Shown here: piece after piece, positions 24,703 to 37,400 of the stretch
Position numbering within the stretch: position 1 is the stretch's first letter
Layout of the letters: the number at the start of each line of letters is the position of its first letter
DNA from: Gekko japonicus
Taxonomy: Eukaryota
Length of the DNA stretch: 64,000 nucleotides
NCBI RefSeq assembly: GCF_001447785.1
Contig: NW_015176014.1
Span: 1-64,000 of the forward strand
Direction of reading: 5' to 3'
Notes under the pieces: generated by a model
The model's input: only the letters and a program-made list of their open reading frames with translations
Databases searched by the model: none
Told to the model about the DNA's origin: nothing
Position numbers and translations under genes: made by a program

Positions 24703-25333
24703 TGCCTTGTTTATAATTATAGTATGCACTTATTTTGATGTTGTGACACCACCATCGTTATAATTGTGAAATAGAGTTTATATATTTTGGCAATTTTTGA
24801 TAATGTCTTTCCTAATGGAATTTGCTTTTGGATCTTTGTGATGCTAGGTTTCACAGCTTTTTGGATTTGCTTCTGAAGAGGGCAAAGAGCACAGAATGGC
24901 CAGAATTTACTTGCAGTAAGAAGCCAGAGAATCCCCTTTCCATGGTTGAATTTTTATACAGAGAAAGGCTTCATTGTGATGTGGGCAAACTGGCTCCTGC
25001 ATCTATCATACCCTTGATCTGTATCTTTTTATAGGTATAATGTCTATTTTTCTTACTGTGTGTACACGTTGCCTGTGTACTGAATTATGTACCTAATAAC
25101 GTCCCTTGGGCCAGTGTCACGCTGGAACAAGTAGCAAGCCTGCTTCTGTATACTAAAAATGGTGCTATTTTGGGAGCAATGTGCATGTTAATAAAGATAT
25201 TCATGCTTATGATACTGACATGGAATTTGCTTTTGGATCTCTTCGAAGCAAGGCAAATTTTCCAGTTGTTGTCATATCACTATAGGCCTTTCACAAGAAG
25301 TTCCTTTCCTCTTGAGGACTTTCCCCACCAAAC

Positions 25334-25396
25334 TCATGGAAGATTCACCAGTTGCAAAGTCAGTTTCTTTATCAGGCACCATTTTTCCTGGACGCA
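25334..25396 (-). CDS. TMC8: TMC8 last coding exon
   Basis: CVQEKWCLIKKLTLQLVNLP*, compare mammalian QVQEKWHL. Confidence 0.88.
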   Translation of the reverse strand, partial: CVQEKWCLIKKLTLQLVNLP

Positions 25397-28392
25397 CTAG
25401 ATGGATGCAAAGGAGAGATGGATTGTGTTACACAGACTGAGCACAGAACATCAACCAGTGTGACAACGAGTCACAGGTTATTTGAGATACAATGATGTAT
25501 ATTATTATAGATCAGCTCTGTAATACCTAAGGACCACTCACCTGTACTCGTTGCTTCTTGAGCCTTTCAATCTCTTTTCTGTTTGCTTGTGCCTGAGAAA
25601 TGTAGACAGTGAGGATGAGGCTGTGGAAGAAGAAGAAGAGATTGGATTTATACCCCACCTTTCACTACCTGAAGTAGTCTCAGAGCGGCTTACAATCTCC
25701 TTTCCCTTCCCCTCCCCACAACAGACACCCTGTGAGGTAGGTGGAGCTGAGACAGCTCTTCTGAGAACTGCTCTTGAGAGAACAGCTCTGAGAGAACTTG
25801 TGACTGACCCAAGGTCACACCAGCAGCTTCATGTGGAGGAGTGGGGAATCAAGCCCGGTTCTCCCAGATTAGTGTCCATGCTCCTAACCACTGCACCAAA
25901 AGGAAGAAACCATCATACTAATGACAACAGTTCTTGGAGTTTTTGGCTCCCACTCAACCATCTCAGCAGAGAAGGAAACAGTGGTTCCACTTTAGATCTT
26001 AAGAATGTGGTTGCAAGAGCTTGCTTCTAGATATATTCACAATTAAATTGTAAAAAAATAAAAGTCTGCTTCACAGCATTTGTAGTTATGGATTCTCTTT
26101 GTCCTGCTGATACTATCAAGGCATCAAATTGGTAATAAGATGAACTGGTGGATGCTTATGGTGGTGGATGTTGTGGAGGTTTGTTATGTATGAACTGGTA
26201 GATTTTGTGGAGGTTTGTTACACCCATAATATACTTTTAAAAAAGAGTCAGGGGTCAGGATTGCTACAGCAACGGTACTCCTAAACCATTCACTACAATG
26301 TCAGCAGAATTACCACCAATAATAATGGGCTCTTGGCAAGGCTCTGACATTTTCTAGAACATCTGTAAACTGGATTTTCAAACATGGCTCTTGATAGGCA
26401 CAGTTATAGTTAGTAGTCTTTCTGTAATTTTAAAAAAAGATGATTTCTTTCCTTTTGGTTGCCTGGATTCCACTGGGGCTATAATCCAACACAGTATGTA
26501 CACTTAAACCGAGGGAAGTCAATTATTTTGCTTTGCCTGTTCTAGAAAGAGTTTGAAGCTAGGACATAGTTCTTGGAGAGGGGAGCATTTCTTGTTCCAA
26601 TGGTCACTATAATTCAAAGTGGATGGTCTGAATTAAGTCCCAAGTGAGCAAGAGGACAAAACATGGCAACCAAGTTTAATCACTTCAGTGTGTCATTTTT
26701 CTTCGGTGACAGGCCAATGAGCGACAAGTAAGCCTACTTTGGTTAATAAGCTTTTAGCAGGCCACATATTGGGTTGGTCAATGTGCAAAACTAGCAAGTT
26801 GCTCAGAGATATAAGTGGTCCAGAAGCATGATCTCATGTAGCCTGAAACACAAGATCCAACACTTATCCCTTATTCCAAATGTCACCTCTGCAGGGAGGA
26901 TCCAGGTGCGACCAACCCCCTCCACCACCACCTCCAGGTATTCTAACTATGCCTCGAATGGGACTCACCTGAGCAGCATCAAGAGTAAGAAACAAAAGAC
27001 ATTGGATGTGGCATAATCCAAAACAAGCATTGCTGAGGTAGATAGGTGGGACATAGCTTTAGGCACTGCCTGCCAAGGAGTTGAATAGTTCGCAAACAGC
27101 CCGCATGGCTGGGATGGGCGGATACTGGAACAGAAAACAGCGACTGTCAATGAAAGGTTTTACAAGCTTTATCCCTAAGAGTGAAACCCCAAGCACTCTA
27201 AATCCATTGACATCAATGGGTTTAGAAGTAATTCTCTTTAGGATTACGCTGTAAATTGTTTACTTCTAAATCTTCCCTCAACTTACCTGCTGATGACATA
27301 ACCCAGAGACATGCAGGCCAAAAACAGGCCTAGCAGTAGCATAATCTGGAAGAGGAATTTAGAATGGGATGCTCGAAACAGCTGAGTTGAAGGCTGGCAG
27401 TTCTGGAACAAAGTGTACTGGGGTGGGAGAAAGAGAGCAGTTTTACACACGGTTTTGGAGCACAGGTAATCTCTCCTCACTAGGAGAGATGAAAGTCGTG
27501 AGGTTTAACAGGATGAGGACCCTGTGTGCCAGCCTAGCAACCAGGAAGCTAGGAAAGAAGAAGAAGGAAAGATAGAGAAAGGCTGTGGTGAGGAGTAGTG
27601 GTTTCTTCACCCTACTTCCCCATCATCCTGGGATCCAGCCAGCAGCCTCAGTTTCCATGAGAGACATTTCTGCTTAACCACAGACAGATTCAGGGCCACA
27701 ACTCCTGTTTATATAATGCCAAAGTTCTCCATCACCAGCAAGTGTTGAGATACTACCCCATAACGCCCTGAGGGTGGTTTATTGGATGTGGAGGTCTACT
27801 AATCCCTCCTACGGATGTGTCCACACTGCTGGAACTGGGGGCGGAGGGGGGGGGGAGTTGCTTTCTCAGACGCATGCAAGCTAGCAACAATGGAGTCATA
27901 CACAGCTGAAAACTAGACGAGGCTGCCGCAAAGTGAGGACCATTTTTGGATGTTGTCTGCTGAGCTGGGAGAGACAACACTCCTTTCCATATTTCTCGTC
28001 TCCATCTATGGAGTGCTACTACTGGGGAAGGTGGCCACACTGATATAAGAGATGATAAGTCCATAGTTCCTTTGCTAGGATCAGGCCACCTCACTCGCAA
28101 GCCAAAAGGGCTGGGGACTCCATTTAGGGTTGTGCTCAAAACCCACTGGTATCCTCTTGTAGTGTGTGCTCTTTAAACATTTTAAACAAACAGAGAGAGT
28201 CTTTACCTTTTTTATATAAAATGTAAGGAAAATGACAACACATCCAAGCAAAGGCAGGAGAGGACAAAAGAAGATCCCAGTCCATATGACTGTTTGAGCT
28301 GCTACAATATCCAACACATTGTGAGGAACCAGGAATTCTTCTTTGCCAAGCCAGTGAGCCAGTGCACAGGATGAATGCTTAGCTAACAGCCT

Positions 28393-28424
<32 letters not shown>

Positions 28425-31400
28425 GGGGGGGTGTCATAGCAGGACAGCATGCAGCTGCCTACCTAAGCTATTATTTTGGAAGAGACCCACAGTAATGTAT
28501 TCTGGCAATACATCTTGCTTTAAAAGTGCTCTGCAGTCAGCAACAAGGAAATGACAGCTGACCCAAGACTATCCTTCCATACCACCCAGCATTACCAGAA
28601 GCTAAGCTAGTGACATAGAAGATCTATCATGTAATACTTCCAAAGGATAGGAGTGCCCTACCCACTGATGACAAGGAAGACTACTTGCCTGGCCTTTGAT
28701 AGGCTGGCAGTCAAGGAAACCCTAGGATAGATGAACACCGGTGGTGATCTTTTGTCTTACCTCCGCGGCAGACTGATAAGGAAGGCGAACGCCAAGGTGG
28801 TCAAGAAGCTGAAGACAGTCATCTTATACATTTCCTGTCCAATGTGAGTTTCCCAGCACTGTAGGCACAGTAGAACAAAGTGACTCACACAAGAAATGCT
28901 ATTTCTAGGCATGTTATGCTATGTCAATATAATATGCATAGACTGGCACATAGAGTTATTGGGTTTTTAAAAACTAAAACTCACAGTGTACTTGTGCAAT
29001 ATCATTTTATAAGTGCTGATGGTACAAGGACAGCATATGTTTGCCTCTTACTCCAATTCTATGGAGAAAATTAATGCTTGGTTTTAATTTTATTCAAGGT
29101 GGGCATTTGTAATGAATTAAGACAAAAAAATCAGACAGTTTTAATGGCTCATGATTAACCAGGATTTCCTTATTGCAAGAGGACAGTCACTCAGAACTGT
29201 AGTCAAACAAGAAGTCCTAGGTAATTTGGAACCAATACAACAAGTGAAAAAAGACACAAATGTCCAAGAAAATGGAATGCCAAAAGATATCAGACGGGTG
29301 AAAGAGCTGCTGTTAAAAATCTCAAGTCATATTTGCTGGCTGGATATGCAAAGGACTAGTGTCATCAAGGAAAACTAACTCACTGTCATATAGATACCTC
29401 ATTTCAAGAACATTTCATATCAGAACACATTATTACTTGGCACAATTTGCTCCGAACAGAAAACATGCATCCTGATTATCCTGTGCAACTCCAGTCACCT
29501 GATAGAGTTTGTTGTAACCACATAGCTGGCACTGGGGAGAGTTTCTGCTCCCTGTGCACAGGACCCTGTGGCCCAGGAAGAACAGGAATATTCCCAGGGT
29601 GGACAGCTTCAAGGTCATACACCTGTAAGACAGAAGACACTACACTTTACACACAGGGTCTACAATTCTGTCCAACCACTTAAACCATATATGCTAGGTT
29701 CTGAGCACCTGACTGTGAGTGGATATCAATGACCATTTTGCCACATATTTACCACCCATGATCTGCAACTAATATCTGCAGCTGAATCTCTTTACCACCT
29801 GGCAAGGTGATACACACAACCAGCTTACCAAGTGGTTACCACGATCACAATGAATTGTTACACAGTATTAGAGTGCTTAATCACATGTTACAAAGTCCCT
29901 GTGTCCCCTGTATATCTGCTATGGTCCTGTTGACAGGAGTTCTGTGCTCAGCATTTAATTCCCATGCAGGTATTGGCCCATGGCACAGAGGATGCTACCC
30001 CCTGTGCCTTTTTCTCCAACTGGAAATGCCACAGGGAGTGGTTATGTCTGCATAGGCCTTCTGAATGTCTCCATCCACTCTGTCTCTAGTCCACATAACA
30101 TATCAGGGTTAGGCAGACTAATCTGAGGGCTGTAATTTGTAGAAGTCATAGATTAGGTGCTAGGTCTCTCTGTCAGGAAATTCCTGAAGACCTTAAATAC
30201 AAGCATCTGATTCCTGGCGTTGTTTTTATTTTGATCTGTATAAATCAGATGTTAATCCATCTCAGGTGAACATAAGGTTGTGAAGACTACATACTCCCTA
30301 AGAGCTGTGAGGCAAAAGCGAACAGCGAACCGATCAGACCGACGAAGAAAGAGGTCTTTCCAACGCGGCGGTAAGAAAGGAACTGGCGGGATGCCCGCGC
30401 CCACCCCTCTGGGCATGCGCAGTGGGGTTCCTGCGCATGCCCGAGGGACTGGGCGCAAAAATCCGTTAAAAGAGCTTGCTACAGCACCGATCGATCCAGC
30501 GCGTGCGCACTGAATCCCATGGGTGTGAAGCACAGAGACCACGTCGAAGATCATAAGGTTGTGAAGACTACAATCTTGAAATTAATTGAAACTTTGGTAT
30601 ACTATAAGATGATGGGGATGCATAAAGGAACAGATGGATAAAGGAGACATCTCCTATTTCTCAAAGAAGTTTTTAAAGGAAATTAGCTCTGTCATTTTTT
30701 TAAAAATGGGAACTTTATGCTAGGCTAGAAATAAAGTATAAATTACAACTTCCATTAGAAGAGGAAGATTCAGCCTTCCAAATCAGGGTTCTTTTCTGGG
30801 GGAATGCGCCAGAATGGAGTTCCAGAACCTCTTTGACAAAATTCTTTTTAAAATGTTTAAAAAGTTCATTAGTTTTCAGTATACAGATTGGAAACCTCAT
30901 TTCCTTCTTGAGAGTTCTGGCACCTCTTTTTTTAAAAAACACACAAAAAAACATCCTGTTCCAAATTAACTAATATACCACAATCCTTATGAAGAAGCAT
31001 GATTTGGATGGGTTTTCTAAAGTCCCAGATTGAGTAAACTTGAAATCAACACACTACAGAGATGGACAGCCATGAGTTCTCAGCATTTGAATCATCAAGG
31101 TATGCACCATTAATCCCATAATAATCACATGCAAGAAAGTTTGGCAAACAACTGCCCTCTTCCATTTTTATTTGTATACTCATGCTAATCTCCAATTGTG
31201 CAAAAATCCAAAGATTTTAATTGGTCACAGGCCCATCTTGTGAAATACATTAGTAGATAGTGGTAATCAGATGCTATTTCAGCTGGATGATTCATTTTAT
31301 TGCTTTACTGAGCTACAAAACACTTTTCAAATTGCCTAATTCTGACTCTGTGTGCAACTTTTTTCTCTGCAGCCACACATGTAACTGTCAGGTGAGGACC

Positions 31401-34400
31401 CATCGCATATGTCTGATAATGAAAATTCTTGCTGTGATAAAAAGGTGTTATTTTTAAAGGTGCCACAAAACTCCTGTTTATTTTTGATTCAACAAACCAA
31501 CATTTAGCACTTAAAAATCTCTAAAAGCCCTGAATCATTTAAATGTTCTAAGGTATATGCCTAGACCAGCCGTGCCAGGCAAAATTAGACACAGCTGAGG
31601 GGAAGGCGTCATTTAAACCTCTCTCTTCAGCTCCTGCAAGTNNNNNNNNNNNNNNNNNNNNNNNNNNNNNNNNNNNNNNNNNNNNNNNNNNNNNNNNNNN
31701 NNNNNNNNNNNGGTTGGTATTAATATTTTTTTCAAAAGTTTTGGCATTAAAGTTTCCTTTAATCACAAAAACATATACAGTCCTTTCTATAAACACTGAA
31801 ATTAGGTAAAAAATAAGCATAGCATTAAAGTGTCACTACGTTCTTATCACAAACAGATAAACATGTATATATGTAGAAAAAGGAACCAGAAGGGATGTGA
31901 AAGATTGTTTAGTCTTTTCTCATAAGGAAGGGGCTCCTACCTCTTGCTCATTTCACTGCTGTAATATCCTTTTTGAGATATATCAATGAGAACTGTACAT
32001 AATACTCCAAATGTGGATGCACCATGTTTCTATACAAGAACATTACAACAGCAGTAATTTTGTTTCTATCCCCTAGAGATCCAGCATGTTGTAGTGGTTA
32101 AAACTGGCAGATTCTAATCTGGAGAATGGGGTCTGATTTCCCCCCCCTCCACATGAAGCCTGCTGGGTGACCTTGGGCCAGTCACAGTTCTCTCCGAACT
32201 CTCTCAACCCCGGCTACCTCAGAAGGTGCCTGCTGCTGGTAGAGGTAGGGAAGGAGATTGTAAACCACTTTTAAGACTCCTTAGAGAAAAGCGGGGTATA
32301 AAATCCTACTCTTCTTCTTTCCTAATAATGCCTTAACCTAATTTGTCATTTTGTTATTCGTTCACATGCTTTGGAAAGATCTTGCTGGAGCTCTTCACAG
32401 TCTATTTACATCATACTGAAAACCACGGTGTCATCTGCCATTGTGGCCAGTTTGCTGCTCATACTTCATTTCAGATAATTCATGTACAAATTTATGTAAA
32501 TAGCACCAGTCCCAATACCAATCTCTGTGGGGCCCCACTACTTATTTCTATTGCCAGAACTCTCCATAGCAGTCCCACTTTTTGCTTCCCTCCTTTTAAC
32601 CAATTTCTATTTTGTGCAGTTATTCGGGACAGTTTTTTTAAAGAGGTTTGTCGAATGTTCAAGTATATAATGTTTTGTTCATTGTGGATAAAGCGGTTGG
32701 GAGGGAATTATGTATTTATTTACTTCCAGAACACTCAAAGTGGTTTCTAAATAAATACTGTAATACCCTAATCAAAAATCTCATAACAGTTAAAAACCAG
32801 CAGAAAAAACACTGCCCTAAACTGTTGTTTGAATTGTAAGTGAGAAGATGGATTTCTGTCTGCCCAAAGCTTTGCTTGACTTCAAGAGTATCAACCTCTC
32901 CTTGATTGTTCACAGTTTTCTCTTAATCTGTCATGGGCTAACTTGTACATCCTATTTTAGGGAAGTGAAACCTTTAAACTAACACCACAAAGTCTGTAAG
33001 CTCTTCCTCCCTGTAAACTCTTCTTGCCACAAGAAATATCTGTTGCCACTGAGGTCGGAAGCACCTACCTGACTAGGGTGAGGTTAACTTCAGTGTTGGG
33101 AGAGCAGCCCTCCAACTGGGCCAGAGCATGGAAAAGAAAAGGCAGGAGAACATTCGCTATGGAGATAACCAAGGGTGGCAGGTACTGGTTCACTACACTG
33201 GAGCTGGAAGCATCTTGCTGAGAACAGAGAAATCAGAGATAATGGTATACTTATGGATATGGGATGTTTCTATCACAGTTACATCTCCCAGAACCCAGGG
33301 ACTTTGTCCCAGTGAGACTCCTGTTCGAGAATTAACTTGGCCATTCATTGCATGGTGACCCTACGTGCAACAGTATAATCACTTGTGGAAGGTAATCTAT
33401 CCTGCCTGCACACCATGAGGATCCAAGTGGCTGGTTTAGCATATGACCACAATTCACTACTTTCTGTCCCACAGCCTGTAAGTGAACTAGCATGAAGGGC
33501 AGTTCAAGTAAACTGCCTGTTAAGGAGTTGGCTCTCAGGGATCTGGAGGCTGGAGGTTATTGGGGGTATAACTGAGTGAGCTATCCAGAACTACATGAGT
33601 GCTCAAGTCTCAAAGCTCTTCTCAGGTACAGCAAGGGAAAAAAAGGGTGTGCAGCACTGACCACTGCAATCGGCAGCCAATGAAAAGCCCCTACCTACAT
33701 CGGTCAGCCCTGGTATACACTCAAAGAGCTCAAAGTCCCTGATCCAGCTCTGGCAGCTAACCTTCTGCCTTCTCCTGCAGCATCTTCTGGCTGTTACATA
33801 GGAGGCTGTCAGGTCTCGGACACAGTTACTCTCACCACAATCTTGTGTCAGCAAGATTTGTTTATTGAGAAGTGAAACAGGTTCCAAGCGTGGACAGATT
33901 ATGTGTCAGAACCAGCTGTCTGGCATTCACATGATCTACCAAAACCCACTCATTGTGACTGGGGTCAAAATCACGCCATTTGATTAAGGAATACAGACAG
34001 CCCAACATGATTTTAGAGTCCAAAATTTCCTCCACCACCCCCCCCAAAAAAATCCTCCACCACCTGGTGGAGCTCCCCATTCAAATATACAACAACAAAT
34101 GTACAGCACACAGTAACAAGTAGCAAAGAATAACAAAACCACAACAAACAACTGTGAGCTGAATTTCCCACAGAATATTCACAAAGGAGACTTCATTTAA
34201 AGTGAAATGCATCTATTGTCTGAAGTAAATCACCATACAATCCATCACAGGAATATGCAGAAGCCAAAGAACTGATATACAAGATAAATATACAAAAACT
34301 CCATAAATATACAAAAAGTCCATAAATATACAAGAAGTCCAACACTTTTCCTAGGTAATTTTTCCAGTGTTTCAGACCTCTGGTCCTTCCCCAGGACCTG

Positions 34401-37400
34401 ATACATTGAAGCAGCCTTTAGGGGTGCTGGTTGGAAATAAGGAGACCTTGCCCAATATAGAAATAATAGAAAAGCATTATCTCATGAGATAGAATGAGGA
34501 GGGTGGGGCTTTGGCGCAACGAGAACGGTTGCATCGGGGAGAGCTTCCATGTGACGGCCGGATCAGCGGCTCTTTTAGAGGGGTTCAGGGGATCCCAAAC
34601 TCCAGTGAGCTTCCCGAAGAGAAGCTCATTGCAAAGGGCTTGACTTGGATTCCTCGTGCACAGCAGCAAGCGGGTGGAAGTCTGAGAGTGCCCCAACGCA
34701 GGAGCCGACCAAGCGTGCCCATGTCAGATATGGGCACTGAGTTGTGACTACCACAGAGAGGAAGAAACTGGAACCTCATCCATAACATCGATGAAGAACA
34801 ACACCATGAGTATGCTTAAAAGCAACAACAGAAAATCTACTTAACGATAAAGCCCCTTTAAAGTTTAAAAAGAGAAAGGAACTGAGGGGTGAAGAACTCT
34901 TTCTGGTCCCCCCCCCCCTTCCTCTGGCAGCAGCCACAAAAAGAACTTCAAGTGATTTTTAAATGGCTTCCTGGGCAAAAAAGTAAAGAGAAGGCTTTTG
35001 TCTGAGACTGTAATAATTTTCCCTGTGGAATAAAAAATTGGAGAAGAATTGGCTTCAGCTGTTTTTGGACTTTAGTGATCTAGAAATATATAGTCCCTTT
35101 TTCTCTTCCTTTTGTATGGAGCTATTAGCAAAGAATCTGGAATAATAGCAAGACTTTATAAAGTTTTACCTCCATTTTAGTAAGGAATATAAGCAATTAT
35201 ACTTTAATAATTGGAGTATTTTTAAAGGAAGAAAGAAGAACTGAACTCTTTATGTATTATATTCTCACAACATCTTATGTTTATGTTTGTTCAACTGTAA
35301 AGTACATTTTGTTTCTATTGTCTTCTTCTGTAATGTAGCCAATTGATAAGGTTCTTTAACTCTGTCTTTAAAACAGCTATGTTTTCTAAATTCATCAGGG
35401 AGGCTTACACCTTCAGGGTGTTCCCGCCGCCGAGGATCACAGGCACTGAGTGTGTTGGCCTGGTATGGGAAGCCGAGGAGAGTGTGGCAATTTGACTGAC
35501 TGCCCAACGCACCAGCCAATAGCCTACCGTCCCTGGTTGAGGCCGTATCAGGCTGGGCTTTGGAACATCCTAGACTGATAGTCCTGGGTGATTTCAGTGT
35601 CCATGCTGATGACACGGCCTCTACTCAGGCAGCGGGTTCCTGCCCAGTCTGGGGCATCCCACCTTCCCCACTCTGTCCACCAGCCCTTTGGTTTCACTGC
35701 AGGACCTCGCGGTTCTCCTTCAGGCAGCATGGTGCCACCGGATGACCCCAGAAGGGTCTCTGTGTCTGGCTCCTCGCTTCCAGTGCTCATCACGTCAGTG
35801 GTGCACCAGGTCGAGGGAAGAGAGGAGTTCTGACACTATGTCAGCTCTTGGACGCAGTTACTCTCACCACACGCTTGTGTCAGCAAGATTTGTTTATTGA
35901 AACATGAAACAGGTTCCATGTGTGGACAGATTCTGTGTCAGAACTGACACCCAGGTGCCAGGACTGAACCTATACAATCTGCAGGAGATCCCCCTTAAGC
36001 ACACTACCCAATCAATATTTGCCTGCAGCCCACCAAAGATCTAAACTGCCCCAATATACTGCCCCCCACACCTGTTACCAGCCGTTGCACTATCTATGAG
36101 TTCCCTGCACCCAAGGTCGAAGTGGGCGCTGAGATAATGTGTTTCCAAGGCACTGTGCAAGCCGACACTCACACACTCCCATAACCCCCCCTTTTAGTCA
36201 GAAGGATAAACAGCTGAGAGAAAGAGGAAAGAGAAGCAATTAACCCTTGAGCCAGCTTGGTGTAGTGGTTAAGTGCGCAGACTCTAATCTGGGAGAACTG
36301 GGTTTGATTCCCCACTCCTCCACTTGCACCTGGCTGGATGACCTTGGGCAAGCCGTAGTTCTGATAAGAGCTGTTCTTGAAAAAGAGCAGTTTCTGTCAG
36401 AGCTCTCTCAGCCCCGCCTACCTCACAGGGTGTCTGTTGTGGGGAGGGGAAGGGAAAGGAGTTTGTAAGCCGCTCTGAGACACCTTTGGGTAGTGAAGGG
36501 CGGGGTATAAATCCAATCTCTTCTCTTCTTCTTCTTCTACAGAGTCCATGACAAGCGAGGCACGAGCTTGACAGAGGCTCCAGCCATCATGCAACTCAAG
36601 CCTCCAGTTGAGCCCTAGCAACTGATCTGGGTTGGAGAACATGAAGTCCAGATCCAGATTCAGCTGCTAATAGTCTTGCTATGGAGCTGACACGGATTAG
36701 GAAGGAAGAGCCAGCCTACCTGGGAAACCTCTGTGGCCAAGTGAATGCAATAAAAAGCAGCAGCCATCAGAAGCAAGATGACACCATTAATTAGCAAGCG
36801 CAACAGATAGAGCTGACTCAGCTGCTTCCTTGTCCGCTGTCGCTTCTGCATACGTCGGGTCTGCTCTGCCAGGTCAATCTGTCCCACGCAGAAGAGAAAT
36901 AAAATCAATTCTATCAGTGCACGGAATAACTTAATTCTAAGGCCTAAAACATTCAAAGGGAAGAGCATGCAAGGCCTCTCCAGCAGACACATTCTTGGCC
37001 CAGCAAAGCAGGCAGAGGATGTACAATAATCTAAGGCTGGAAACAATGATTGCCAACAGTTACCAACACCTCTAGCCTTGGGAGATGACCCTAGAGGCAG
37101 GAATTCAGGGGTTTAAATCCTGTTTATTTGGGCTGCTCCTACAAATCTCACTCTATTTTCTATTTTCACTCTATTTTCTTTCACACAGGTCAGGAACTAT
37201 TAATGGCAACTGCCTGCTTGATAAATATGCTAACAAGGAGGTGACACAAGAGCTCAGTGAAGACCGGAACCCTGGCAACTAGAACAGGAGACCCAGAGCT
37301 TAACGCCTCAGCCATTCTTCTAGCTCTATTTCAAACGACTGTGGTTTCCTTTTGTAGGCACTGAGTCAAAAGGAGTTCAAGGGCATCCTATGGGCAAGAC

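Larger units (their letters stand above)
22801..25221. repeat. ~2.4 kb palindrome / long inverted repeat
   Basis: 22801-23305 is the reverse complement of 24717-25221 with no mismatch seen (identical ORFs 22988-23200 minus and 24822-25034 plus). 23519-23745 pairs with 24011-24237 with 4 mismatches; looser pairing of 23324-23506 with 24240-24354. Confidence 0.95.

Noticed and set aside
22988-25034. Two identical 70-aa ORFs on opposite strands, suggesting a duplicated gene
   Set aside because: Non-ATG starts and no recognisable domain; they simply reflect the inverted repeat
25551-26030. 159-aa ORF, and similar EEEEEIGFIP ORFs at 43176 and elsewhere
   Set aside because: Antisense translation of SINE sequence
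28081-28437. Poly-proline N-terminus MTPPLPPPPPPPPPP on a TMC ORF
   Set aside because: It is the translated intronic poly-C tract; the real exon starts at 28390
33862-34080. Host chromodomain (CBX-like) gene
   Set aside because: No splice structure and adjacent to LTR-like sequence; fits a Gypsy integrase chromodomain
36250-36325. tRNA genes at the SINE heads (also ~25830-25900, 43420-43493, 55434-55500)
   Set aside because: A/B-box-like motifs continue into SINE bodies and tails; no convincing complete cloverleaf
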